A stretch of 64,000 bases of DNA, from the NCBI GenBank assembly GCA_964057225.1, contig OZ059899.1, positions 15,810,001 to 15,874,000 of the forward strand, in the 5' to 3' direction. The stretch's first letter is position 1. Each line of letters starts with the position of its first letter. The stretch is from Auanema rhodensis (Eukaryota; Animalia; Nematoda). Below are positions 45,657-59,250 of the stretch, one piece after another. Position numbers and translations under genes: made by a program. The notes beneath the pieces are model-generated. The model was given only the letters and a program-made list of their open reading frames with translations, did not search any database and was not told the DNA's origin.

Positions 45657-45816
45657 GGCGGTGCTTAACAGAGAAAAGTAGGCGTGGCAATTGGGAGGCA
45701 CAATCTAAGAAGACAGCCTTTCTAGACGTAAAATTCTCTCTTCTTGTGCTCCGCCTACTTGAAGTTCTATTAGGCAGCCATGCGACCGACGGCAGTGCTT
45801 GTTCTAGCTGCAGGTC
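45657..45816. other. GC-enriched long imperfect inverted repeat / candidate structured RNA
   Basis: TGCTTAACAGAG 45662-73 with TTCTATTAGGCA 45765-76; AAGTAGGCG 45676-84 with CGCCTACTT 45752-60; inner TCTAAGAAG/CTTTCTAGA; second small hairpin GACC..GCAG/CTGC..GGTC at 45784-45816. Confidence 0.4.
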
Positions 45817-48800
45817 AGTTTATTTAAAGTTTTCAACAAATTTTACCTATTTTTCAATATTTATTGCGACCTTATAAGTATAAGACTATAATAAGCTGGT
45901 GAAGCTTCTCAGAAGCATCAAGCATCATTCATCTGAATTAATGTTTCAGCTATTTTCTTGTTGCCTTTCTCTTTATTTGTATTTATTTGGTAAATTAATT
46001 GAATATTTTATTTTTTATGTATTTTTATCTCATTTTTTACAAACAAAACTATATATTTCATATATCCAAGTTTATTTGGAGCTTATTAACATAGTCGAAA
46101 GTCAGTTAAATCAAAGAGGGGACCCGGTATCTGATAACCCATCCACTCTGAAGCCTGATAGAACTTGAGTTTAAGATGATAAGCAAGCCATGCTGAAAAA
46201 GTCCAAGATCTTAATTGTCTGACCGACCTCATCATTACTCATTTCCTTGAAGCTGATCATCAGAAAACTTATTTGTATTCGACCTTTGGCCTAATATCTA
46301 GTGAGCTACCAAGTAATATTAGCTAATATAGATGTTAAAAGTAAGTCGAAAAACATCAAATGATTCAATGCCAGTTGGTATCAGTAGCTTGTGCTTAAGT
46401 TTGAGGAAGAGACATCCAAATCAGTTTTTTTTTTGACGAAAGTAATACTCAACTACAAAGATATTTTATCTAATATCTCACAATAGCTGATGTGCACCAT
46501 CCATGAAGCTCTGAAAACAGATCGTTGATGAAGTTGGAAAGGAGAAAAGAAGGAGTTGGATTGGGGGTTTCATGAACATGAGAGAGTGACAAAGAGAGAG
46601 AAAGAGAGATAGAGAAAGAGAGAGGGAGATAGAGAGAGAAAGATGAGAGAGAAAAGAGGGTAATAGTGGAATAACAGTAAATGACAACAAAAAAAAACTT
46701 TATTTTGGAATAATTTTGATTCACATTCGCGAGATTGATACGAAAACAAATTAATTTCATTCGTTATTTCAATGAAAATAAAGAGAAAACTTCCTTTTTC
46801 TCTGTATAATGAAGGTGTGGCATCTTTAACTATGTATAAGAGAAAAAGAATTAACCTTATTGAAGTTATTATAATTTGAGAAAAACATGTTTAGACAAGC
46901 TTAATCGGCTTTAATAATATTCCCCTGTAATCCTATTCAGAATCCATTGTCTTTAATAAATTCATGAAACATTTATGTCATAATCATTAGCCTCACAAGA
47001 ACAGAGAACGAAAAATGTTTGAAAACTCTTAGAAAGCATGTGTTTAACCATCTTCGGATCCCAGCTCACGTTCAAGCTCCATTTTGTGAATGCTGATTTT
47101 CTCATCTGAAGCTATCTATGATGATGAAATTCACATACTTACACATCTCATCACTGTCTTTCGTTAATTTATACAAACTTATATACGATATTCATACATG
47201 ATGAGATGAAGACGTATGACGACGACTTCATGCTGTCTGTTGGTTGACATCGTCAACATGCTCTTCAGATGTCATCGTCATCTATTCTTCCATAGCATCG
47301 TCAGCTATAGATTTCATTGTTAGCTTATCTGACAATGCTTCATCCAAAAGAAACATCGAACATTGAGGAAGCATGATGAAAAAAGGAAGAACATGACTTG
47401 AAAACTTGAAAATGAGAGCAAATGTAATTCACATACGAGTTATAACCAAAGCCATAACATGCTCTTTCTCGATCCTCCTTCCCTTTTTCTTCTCCCTATT
47501 TCCATTCTCGCTATCAAAAGATACATTTTTTTTAAGAGAGAAAAAAATATTTTGAGTGGAATGAAGCCTAATCTCTCATCTCTTTGTTGTTCGTCTAAAA
47601 TTTGATGGCTTTATCACATCCGAACCATTTGAGATATTATTAGTGACAAGATGAATCTCTCAACTTCTATTTTTATTCTTTTATTTTTCTTCTAAACAAA
47701 GAAAATAAAACAAAAATAAAAGAAAATAGGGCATTAGTATAAGAACGTTAGGAATGCTGTGTAGATGGTTGTGTCAGTTAGTCCCTCTCTCCCATCATCT
47801 TCCACTGCACAACAAGTTGATGAGAAGAAGCCCGAATATATAAGGATAGAACTATTTATCTGGCCACATAGCATAACGACAATTATCAGCTTGTCGTTGT
47901 TTTTCTTTTCTTATCCAAGATATCATCAGATTTAGTAGTATGTAGGTAGAGAGTATCATATAATTAGTTTCAAATCCTCTTAGCAACAACTTGAACACAT
48001 ATCCAACACTATCTACTTCAGTCTCTAGTTCTCACTCTCTAGTTCTCTCTCTCTCTCTAAGTTTTTCTTTCACTTTCTCTCTATCTCACTCTCTCTCTCT
48101 CTCTCTATCTCTAAATCTCTCAGCTGCACACTGTATGTATTTTATAATTTTGAAATTCATTGAAGTTCATTTTTTGGTTACAAACCGTGAAAATTATAGT
48201 AATTGGACGTCATTTTCGAAAAATATTGTTTGTTGACTTGACGACAACGATGAACCTGCTGAATAGAAATGGCAACTTTCATGAAATTGGTTCAAAAGGC
48301 AAAGGGGTTAATCAGTGTCACTCACTCATTCAGATCACATTCTCGGTGATCTGAGTGACGTGAAGAAGCTTTTAAAGTTGTAAGGAAATGGAGCTTTCAA
48401 AAAGAAGACACACGCTTGAACGTTTGATTCCTCTTTCTAGTTGTACGAAAAGCTGTAAATGAGGTTTGAAGAAGGGTGTGGGATGTAGGCGGTGGCTTAT
48501 AGGCGTTTAAGCATGTATTTCACCACTTTTTATGCTGAAAAACAATGCTTGAAATGGTTGCTATAAGCATAACTGATTAGCTTCTTTCAATTTCTAGCAT
48601 GAGTTGTATGATCATACATTGGTCAGTATGGATATAATCTGTATTCTATATTTAGACAAATTTTTCCTGCATATTCTCATAAATGATTCCTTTCAAGTGT
48701 TTTCTTCATATTTCTCTCTCTCTACCTCTCTCAAGCTTATCTCTCTCCTCATTTCCTTCTCTTGTATTTTGATTCATGATCTATTATCCCACTCTTTAGT

Positions 48801-51162
48801 AGAACATCAAGTCATTTCCTTAAGACCATCATCGTGAAAGCCCATCAAAGTGTCTCATTCAATACGCGTACATATCAAGAACCATCTTTCATCATTGCTT
48901 ACACTTTTCCTCATCATTCGCACTTCAAACTTGTGCTGCTTTCACACCGATAAATAGCACGTGCTGGATTCGTTTCCTTCTCCAAATCTTCAAAACCATA
49001 GAACAGATCCTGCTACTTCTAGTCTATGCTCAGCAATTTCGTCGTTCGATCTTCAAAAAGTAGAATACGTTACTGATGGACGTGATCGCATTGCTCACGT
49101 CGCTCATACTCAACAGATAGATGTTCCATTCATCTGTCTCAATTTCCCTAAAGCACATGCCCTTAGCATACGAGAAGATCGTTGAAATTTTGACTGAAAA
49201 ATTGGTTGTATCAAGGGAACAGTTGACAATTCGTCAAATATTCTTTTTTTGTCAAAAATTCGATCTTTCCAATTTATAGAAATATCTATTTTTGGATAAA
49301 ACATATGTGGATGAGAACAGGCTATTCCATCACATCCAACTATATGCTTTGAAACATTTTTATCTGACATACTCACTTGGCTATCTAATCAAATCCAACG
49401 TTTTTTTTTTGTCGAAAAGGCTAGTTTGGCAATTCTTACGTCACGAACAACTATATGTGTGAATGTATATCACTTCTATTTCATCTACTTTAGAAACTCT
49501 CACCGTAATTATGCTGACAGTTTGAGGAAAAACTGCTCTTTTTTTCATCGAAATCATACTGTATATTAATTTGTCCAAGTTTATTGCAGTTTTTCAACTT
49601 GACATGCGCTTTGGGGGGTTGCACTAGCTTTTCGAAAAGTCTCTTTTCTTTAAACACATACTATAATACTTATTGTGTTACAACTTAGGAAGGCTCGCCT
49701 ACTATTCGTCGTAGTAGCTCAAGTTTTAAGAATAGTCGGATCTTATTTGTGTAGTTGATGATACATATCTAGATATGCCTGAAAATAGCTGTCTTGTCAT
49801 CATCCGTAGAGCTAAGAAACTGACTAGTAAGTCTAAAGCCTTAGATGACGTCAGGGGACTCACTCCGATGCTTCGAATCTCCGGGGACTATTCCCTCAAT
49901 TGGCCCCAAACGCTTCCAGGAATCGAGAACTAGACGTCGTTTATCTTTTCCCCTCTTTATATGCTGCCATATATTCGCTTTCATCATTACGGATCCGGTT
50001 TTTTCCGGACGAAAAATGAAAAAAAAAATAGGAAAACCAAGCATACAACAGATGGCTATAGGGACCACAATCAGACCGTCAACAATAAAGAGCCTTCTTT
50101 GGTTGAATGATAAATTGAGAAATAGGCTTACTCATGAATACACATGCCCGAACGTCCAATAGAAGGACAGAAATGATAATTTCTGAGGAATTGTTCGAGA
50201 AATGCTTGAATGCACTACTATATGCTGCCTTCGAAGCTTCTTCATATTTACTTCATTAGAGCATAGAGCTGAAGAGCTGTTGCTGATCTCTTCCCAGTTT
50301 TATACCTCGTGCCAATAATATTATGAGCCGTTGTAAACACAGTGCAAGTATTGAGATAACGAAATACAGGAAACTCTTGGAAGTCAGAGACACATACAGG
50401 CTTATCATCAGGAAGGAAAAGCTGAAGTGCTATGAATACCATAACATACATTGTTTCAGCATTACACCTCTGTCTTCCTTGTTGTATATACACATACACA
50501 CACAACATCTGATAGAGCTTAGAGATTTCGAGAAGGATACGAGATCCAAAAAAAAGAAAAGAAAAAAGGGATTTGAACATGAAGCTGTAAAAGCAGAAGA
50601 CAACTAGTTAATCTGACAGCATTGTTTAGAACAAAAGCCATATACTTCTTATAGAATAGATGGATGCTTAAGTTCAACTTTTCATTCTGTCCATATTCAA
50701 CTTTCAAAATTAATTTTTTGCGAAAATTTTAATGATGTAATAGTTGCATGAAGTAGTTTCTTTGTCATGTCAGTGTCATCTACACATGTTTCTTCAAACA
50801 TTTCATAATATTACGGTTGAAGGTTTTTTTTGTGTGTAGATATGTACATATTGAACTAAAAATATTAAATTAATTCCCTTCAATTTGAAGAACATTTATT
50901 GAAAATGAGTGAGCATGAATGAAATATCTCTCAAAAGATCTTCAGCTTTATTAGATTACGAGAAGTTCTTTGAGCATAAAACAAAGAGAAATAACAAATT
51001 GAGAGAGAGAGAGAGAATGTGGATAGGAGAGAATAAGATATGTTTCATGGAAATATGAAAATAGCACACCGATCTCTTGTTGTAATTCACTTATATGTTA
51101 AAACAATTCATGATATTCATACAATATAAATATTGAAATATAGCATGACATCATTATTCTCT

Positions 51163-51215
<53 letters not shown>

Positions 51216-53209
51216 GCTCTCACGCACTCTATCTATACATTTTTCAACATTTTGAAGTTCGAGCATTTAAACTCCAAGTTCGATAATCATACAACCTATA
51301 TAGCTAATTACGAGTCAAACCACAAAAACGATTACTGCATCTTTTGCCTATAACCAAGTAATAGTAATAGTGGTAGTGCTAGTAGTAGCAATAACGAAAA
51401 TATGAAAGTCTATTACAACAATCTAATTTTCTATTTCATTGTCCTAAATTAGTGAAAAGCAAGTTGGTAGAAATGCAACATGAAATTTATACTTTGAAAC
51501 ATAATAAGCGTTTTTCGAAGTCGAAAGAACAACCAATTCATAACACAGAATGTAAGAAATTGAATGTTAAGCCTATTAGCATATTCCACGTGTAAATCGC
51601 ATGCGGCATTCCGGTTTTCACGTGTGAGCGTCAAATTTCATTTGTGTATGCTCGCTGGCGTAATGGATGGTTGTGCATTAGTGATTGCATTTTTCTATTT
51701 TTAAAATATGCAGACAAGAATGAAGAACTGACTAGAAAGGACATATACGATTATGGTTTTGATATTTGCTAGACGATAAGTGACATCTTTCTAGTTTTGA
51801 TTTATCTATCCTATTATACAAAGCACATTACCAAATGTCTTGATGCTTCAAAAATGATTATCCTCATACTAGAAGACATCAGAGAAGAAAAATTGTGTTC
51901 TTAATACAAATTCTATTTTTGGCATCAGTTTCTTATTAGTTAAGTTGTATTTGAGCTCTTAGTAGGCAATGATGACGGTTCATCTGTCACTCATTGTTAG
52001 TTGCACGAACATCAACAGGCAAGTACGAATGTAAAGTTAGATTTATGAAATAAGAAAGCTACATCTATCCCGAGAAAAAGAATAGAGTGGGAGGATGGCA
52101 AGTTGTTTTCATTGTATTTGATCGACAAACGTCATTTAACGGGGAGATATTGGCAGGACTTTCTGATTTGTGCACAAATGCACAAACACATTAGTTCATA
52201 AGCACTTAATTCAGATTTAAAAATTCCAGTTTTCTTTGCAAATAGTCAGATGGGATTTCGTGTGAAGGATTTCAACCATAATCTTTTGCGGATAGTCATT
52301 GTACATGTTGTTTTAATGATAGAACCGATGTTATTGGGAGGGTATCAGCAGCTAAAGCAGCTGAAGTCATAGCATAAATAGCTCTGGTTCCAAGCTCAAA
52401 GACAGGATTGCAACGGTATAAATCTAATTGTGGCAATGATGTCATCCTGCTGCAGCAGCTTTAAGATTGCTTTTACTGCAAATGGAAATGGCTATCTGAG
52501 GTGCGATGACAATTCCCAATATCTGTTTATCTATGTCTTGGCAGAGAAAAGCATACTGTGTCTTCTACTAGAACAACATCTATATATCATCATCATCTCA
52601 GAGTGTAGTCGACTGGTATTGCTTCGTAGATTCTAGATGTGGAGACGATGTTGTACTTGATTGCATTAATTCAACATCACTTGAACCATGTTTTGCTTGA
52701 GCTGCTTTGCATCGTCTACCGCAACTTGAGGATAAATCAAGTCAGAATGACAATAGGGCTATGTTGTCCTGTCATCCGAAAGCACATTTGTACGCTTCGG
52801 CCAAACACAATTTTGGAGACTGTGTTGGAAAGCTCGAGAATGCAAATCATCAAACTCTCTTATGCGATGCATAAGAGTTGTCCTCAGAAAGCAGTTGACT
52901 GACAACGAAGTTAAGCCCAAGATGTCAGATGTTGATCAGATTTAAAACAGCGGAAGAGCGAACAAAGAGCAAAGTACACCTCGCTTTTTTTTAAATTAAA
53001 TTCATACTTATATTCATGTATTCTTTTAAAACTAAACGTAAATAGAATCAAACATGAGCTCCGATTGAACTTAGGACAATCTTGCTAGCTCAAATGTTCT
53101 TAAAAGTCAGAAATAACCCGTTTATTTCAATAATATTAGGAAACATCTACATTATTGTCAAAACATAAAAATTGTTTTGTTAAAATAGACTAAAAATAAC
53201 GTTTTTCAG

Positions 53210-54455
53210 CAGCAGTAGTCAGTTATGCACAGGAAGACGAGACATTCCTGGATAAAAGAGCGGGAGCTCGATTCTTTGTCACAGAAGCTAAACGAGGGGG
53301 TGCTCGAGCCTTCATGATGCCAGGCATGGAGGACAAACGCGGAGGAGCAAGAGCCTTTGGAGGTTTGTTTCACAGTATCAACTGTTATGATTGGGTTCTT
53401 TGTGTTATTAGTATAGCGATTATCAAGGGGGGTGATAATTTAGTGAAATTGATAACATGACTTCATGTGTGCCGCCATAGCTCAGTCGGTTAGAGCGTGG
53501 GTCTAATAAGCCCAAGGTCGCAGGTTCGACCCCTGCTGGCGGCAAAACATTTTACTTTTACGGTTTGTATCAAATAATACTTACGTATCTGTTTTGCAGG
53601 ACTGAAGCGTTTTGTACCAACTAACATTTTGGAGGAAGAAGAAGAGAAAAGAGGAGGTGGTCGAGCTTTCTTGGCTGAAGACAAACGAGGAGGTGGACGT
53701 GCCTTCTCCGAAATCAAACGTGGTGGCGGAAGGTACATTTCATTTCAAATGTACAAAGACAATATATATGTTACTGTTTTACAGAGCTTTCACTGAAAAG
53801 AGAGGAGGTGGACGAGCTTTCATAGAGACACGAGGTGGTGCCAGAGCAGCACTCATAGCCGATAAGCGTGGTGGTGCTCGCATGTTCATCAATGACAAGC
53901 GCGACTATGATCCAGAAGGCTTGTGGGATGTTGATCCCCGAGCATATGAGGTAATCATGCAGTTCTAAGATTGATTAGATATTTGCGTACCATACATTAC
54001 AAAGTAAATTGCAGATGCTAAAACGAGCAGGAGGTAGAGCTTTCCGCATCGACGGTGGTGGTATGTTTTGAACCAACCCAGTGAGTTGCTTTGCTTCGCA
54101 TGACTCTTATCCTCTGTTTTTCTTCTTCAAGGAAATGTCTTTGTGTATAATGAAGATACAGCAAATAAATTAAAAATAATTCTACATTGGCTTTCATACC
54201 TTATTTCTGAACCTACTTTCCGTTCTTTCTAAGCTTAACGAATGGTCTTTCGCTTTCCAGTATCTTGGCTGTTAGCAGACCTTAATATATCAAATAAGCA
54301 TTCTACTAAGCACAAAAGTTCCTCTAAAACAATACAAAAATCAAAATTTGACAGCCGAGCAAGCGAATACTTATCTTTGTTTTTCAGACAGTCAGGCTAC
54401 CTCTAAACGTGGTGGTGGCCGAAGTTTCCCGGTTCATAATTCTAAAGAAACCTAG
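53210..54455 (+). CDS. nlp-21: GGARAF/GGGRAF neuropeptide precursor (NLP-21-like); first signal-peptide exon not located
   Basis: Basic-residue-flanked peptides AGARFFVTEA, GGARAFMMPGMED, GGARAFGGL, GGGRAFLAED, GGGRAFSEI, GGGRAFTE, GGGRAFIET, GGARAALIAD, GGARMFIND, AGGRAFRIDG.. and GGGRSFPVHNSKET. The high copy number fits nlp-21 better than nlp-9. Confidence 0.85.
53471..53544 (+). tRNA. tRNA-Ile (anticodon AAT), inside an nlp-21 intron
   Basis: Full cloverleaf: acceptor GCCGCCA/TGGCGGC, D arm GCTC/GAGC, anticodon arm TGGGT-CT AAT AA-GCCCA, T arm GCAGG-TTCGACC-CCTGC, downstream TTTT. Confidence 0.97.
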
Positions 54456-55231
54456 ACGAACTGAACCACAGCACAACTCAGATGCAAGTGATCTCTTACC
54501 CTTTAAGCTCTTCAAACAGCTATCTGTAATAATAATCTGTTTCATGTCTCAAACAGTCTGTCTCATTCGTCTATTGTCTGACAATAGCAATAAAGTTGTT
54601 ATTTAGAAAAATAAGCATCGAATATTCATTCAATTCACTACAAATATCATTCAAAGAAAATTTTAAGATTTCTGGGAAACAAAAAGTATTAGTGAGGATT
54701 CAAAAGTTCAACATTGTTGTCCTATTGTCCTCCTAAGAGAGCAAATATACACACGAATAATCACTACTCCACTATTTTTCATTTGGAAATGTCGAATTAG
54801 TTCACACTGATGTTAGAGAACAAGTTAAAGCTTTAAAAAAATTGATTTGGAGAAGATAAAAACAAGACAATGTTTGCCATTCACACATCCTATATTCACA
54901 TTTTGTTCATAGCAACAGCTCTTATACCGTGTCCGATACCATTTGATTATCTTTATCAACCTGAGGTGTACATGTTTGATATTCTAAATACGGATTTGTT
55001 TTGTTTTTTTCTAGTTTCAAGACAGGAGTTCAACATTCACGTAGTTAACTATATATAGTAAAATATGCGATTTAATATGATACAGATTTTATTTATATGA
55101 CATTGGTTTACATACTTTTATCATAAATCATGTTTTATAAACAGAGTGTTTGCGGTTAACTATATGTTATATATATATACCACATAAAACATAGGTTGGT
55201 GAATATAGCCAACTGTCACACTTTGCACAAT

Positions 55232-58200
55232 CTATGGTAATGATTGGTTAAATTTAGTCACCGCATTTCTCCATTCTATTATGTTGAAATTTTTCCGGAA
55301 GAAATTCGTCATTAACTGTAAACGAAAAAAAATTATTTGGAAAATGTGTTCACTACTATACCTCAATTTCGGCATCCCAATCTGGCAGTTTATCGCAGCT
55401 AGGAGCATTAATCATACGGTCAAAAATTTCAGTCATCAAATCACGGATAATTAAACGCCTAAATTTTCCATAAGGTCAATAAAAAACAAAAAAAGTTACC
55501 TCTTCATGCTCTCTTGCATTTCATAGCGACCAGATCGTGCTTTTCGTACATTCACATATTTTCCTAAGGCAATAACCGTTATTGTAGACACAAAGTTAAA
55601 GAAATCTGTCTGGTAGGTCCATGGTCGTCCATCCTGAATATGAAAAATATATGCTTACAATGATGAAACTTACCAGCATTTCAGGACAATCAAACTTGTC
55701 AGTTCCACCACGTCCTTTGAAGGTAGCGCCATTCATATGCTTCATGTCAATGGCACGGCCCCAATCAATAAGTTTGACCAAATTATGATTCAAAACACTA
55801 TCTACCCCATCATACTCTGGTATACTGAAGCATCATTATAAGAGTGGAAATAAAACAATTTAAATTACGGTCCCAAAACCATGAAATTGTCTGGCTTGGC
55901 ATCGCCATGAATAATTTCAACATTATGAGCTTCTCGTAGAATTCGGGCTATATTGATAGCAATAAACAGAATGATTAACCAACTAGGATCTTTCATCTTG
56001 TTTGCAACATCCTAGAAGTTCATAGATAAGAAGAAGTGCACATTCAACAAAACAATACCAAAAGAGTTCCGTGTGTGTGGAATTCATTTAGCAAAATGGA
56101 GGCATTCGAGAAGATATAAGCATCCGTAACCTATAAAATACAATAACACTTAAGTAATGCTGATTTTCCTACTTTCATAACCGAATATTCCTCCACAATC
56201 TTCGCATAGGGACCGGAGCTTTGGCGTAGTCTTCTGTTCACTTGTTCACAAACGTATACTTCCCACGTAGAAGGTGGAATCTCATACTACAACCAACATA
56301 AATGAATTTTCGAAAGGAAAGACGTTACCTTTAAAGCTAGAGTCTGTTTTTCCTCATTAACACATCTGAATACTTTAGCAAATCCTCCTTCACCAACTAA
56401 ATCTTGAACATGGAAACGTTCTCCTCCAAATACCATAACCTTGTTCTTTTGCACTTTGGCACATGTAGACTACAATAAACAGAACATAACTGGTCATGAA
56501 AAAAAAAATTACAGTATAATCATGCTGTTCGATAGGAGTGATATAATGTCCGTTGTCCATAATACTTTGACGTACATTCGCATCCCAGGGATTGATATCA
56601 CCAGAAATTGCTTCGCTAAAAAGAATATCATGATAACAAAATAACAATGAAAGCTCACGTTGGTCTCCCGACTCCTGTCTGATTCAACTCGTCATCGTCA
56701 CTACCTAAGTTTATATTTTCTAAAGCCATGTTCATGGAGTTTGATAGCCCTCCTATAGGTGTTTTAGGTTTAGCATCAGCAACCATGGTAGCTACAGCTT
56801 TTGGAGCAAGGGAATTACGACGCTTCATGAAACCGAGAGCTCCTTGAGCAGCTACATCCTCGTCTTCATCATCATCCTCCTCCATCTCATTATTAGCTTC
56901 CACCGCGAAGAAATCTTCAATTAAATTATAATGAGTATAAGAGCTATTAAGCTTTCAAACCTGCATGAGTAGGAGGGCGGTTCATGAAATGAGCGGGGGT
57001 TGAAGTTACAATACCTTGTCCATACTCCAAACGATGAGAACGGAACCCAGCGACAGTAATTTCATCATCTAAAAGGGGAAAATTAGAAAAATCTAGCAAA
57101 TTGTCTAAAAGTACCAAAGGCAGCAGTTTGCGGTTTTCTAGGAGGGATGTGGAAGTTCTCAAGCTCTTCCATATCTTCATCGGTGATTTTAAATGGACAC
57201 TAAGTCAAAACATTACAGTTATAGAGTTAGAAGAATCTTACTGGTTTTTTCTCAATTTCCAAGGTAGCATCGCCACAATCATTAAAATCTGGCACTGGAT
57301 TAGATACAGGACGGAGAGGAACACGAGTTCTGAAATCAGTAAGTTGAACCCTGAAGAAATATCTAAAATGCATACGGTGAAGGCGCTTTAGGTGGGGAAT
57401 TACTAGTTTGACTAGGAAGCATGGAAGTTTCATCCATATAAACGTCTATTTTTTCAACTTGGTCATTGACCAAAGGCATAGTTTGATCTTCGAGGGGAGC
57501 TAGAAAAAAGTGAAATCACACAATAAAATAAGAAAACAGAAAACATACGGCGATCTAAATTAACAGTATCAGAGAATAATGCAGCAGCCTTATTAATGTT
57601 CTCGAAATAGGATCCATCAGCAAAGGAATCATCCGCAACGCGAGTTATTTTTGTAGCTGACGGAGCTTTAATAACAGTTTTTTGTGTGGATATGGTTACA
57701 CCTGATGGAGGCTTATGCTTTGGATAGTAAAGGGAAGATGAAGCACTAAGCTGAGTCTCTGAAGAACATAAGTTAGCTAATTAACAATTTGATTAAGATG
57801 GTCTGATAATACCTTCCGGAATAATATTTTTTTGTTGTTTCGCAAATACGCTTTCAGAAGTTTTTTGATTAGGTGAGCATAGCCGACGGCGTTTATCTTC
57901 GTGGGATAAACTTTGTTCACTTTCTTCAGATACACAGCTCATACCAAATACCTTTAAAGATATTAAGCAAATTTATTTTGAAGAAAAAAAACCTTTTTGC
58001 GTTCACTTCCTTTCACTTCTGATGTGCTACTATCGCTAGATACAGTATACACAGGTTGTTCAACACTTGGTTGCATGACCTAAAAAAGTAAAAACCTATG
58101 AAAATTACATAGGTCAATTAAATTACAGTAATATCCATATCATCATCCATATCGACACGATCTTTCAATAAAGCCTCCCGGAATTCTTCAGGTGATACAC

Positions 58201-59165
58201 CAAAATAGTCTTCTCTGTCGATAAAGCATTTTCGTATTTTAGTTTTTCCTTAAGTACATAATAGAAAAAAGTTTCTAACAAAGAGCAAAACGAGATAATA
58301 CCTCCAGTTTCAAATGTTGAGATGGCCTGCACGGGTTTATTTTCCAACTTTGCTTTTTGTTGGATGAAAGCAACAGATGACCTTCTACGATCTCAAATAA
58401 TAATGTATTACATCACATCAAAATATGATAAGAATTACTAGCTCTCATTTTAGGCTTCGAGAAAATCATAGCAGTATCTTCTTCTAAATTATCTGTCGTA
58501 AAAATATGATTCTCATTTGGGAAATAATTAGTAACAAAATCACTGAAAAAATATGTAACGTTATCAGAGTGATTTGAGATTTTACCGGAAAGAGTCTTCA
58601 ATCTCAGATGTATTATACCCTTTCACTCTGGTACGAGCAAGTTCAACAATTTCTCGGAACTTTTGCACATTTTTAGCTTTGGCCCAGCTTTCGGCCCATA
58701 ATACATGGAATTTCAAGCAATCTGAGAAATATCGAGTAGCCTCAAGCTGATCATAGATACCAGTTTCTCTCATGTTAGTACTATGTTTAGCCTAAAAATT
58801 TTGCAAATTTGATTTCTTCCAAGAATAGCATACCACAATTTGATATATTCTCAGCATATTCGGATCTTTCTTCAAACTGTTTATACAATTGACTACTTGT
58901 CCAGCTTTGATTCCCCATGCTTTCAATAATCGTTTCTCAGTAGGACCTTTATTTTCGTAAAACAAATCAAAACATTCCAACTGCCTAAACTATCAGAATA
59001 ATTTCCTAATAGCCTAACAAACGAACCCGCAGAAAAATTTGAGACTTGCAGCAGTACGCTCTCTTTCAACCTCACTGAAAGCAAACCACAATTACAATGA
59101 ATATAATTATTAAATACAAACCTCAACGCTGCCCTGAGTGTAGCCTCCAAATGTGCGTCTCCCAT
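55232..59165 (-). CDS. bub-1: Spindle checkpoint kinase BUB-1
   Basis: N-terminal TPR-like region, disordered middle (DDEITVAGF..STP, MKRRNS), and a C-terminal kinase with VGEGGFAKVF, IPPSTWEVYV, NEFHTHGTLL, IIHGDAKPDNF, KLIDWGRAIDM and FDCPEMLDGRPWTYQTD. Confidence 0.92.
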
Positions 59166-59223
59166 TGCTCTTATTCAAAAAAACCTACCGGATTCCGGCT
59201 AGGAATGAAATTACTTTAATTGA

Positions 59224-59250
59224 GCTGGCGCGGAAAATAGAATTCAAAAA
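59224..59250 (-). promoter_or_regulatory. E2F plus CHR-like (DREAM) element upstream of bub-1
   Basis: Minus strand reads TTTGAA-TTCTA-TTTTCCGCGCC, about 60-85 nt upstream of the ATG. Confidence 0.55.

Noticed and set aside
52300-52950. Higher-complexity stretch with faint resemblance to a decayed non-LTR retrotransposon C-terminus
   Set aside because: Many stops and no diagnostic RT or endonuclease motif; needs RepeatMasker or tBLASTx.
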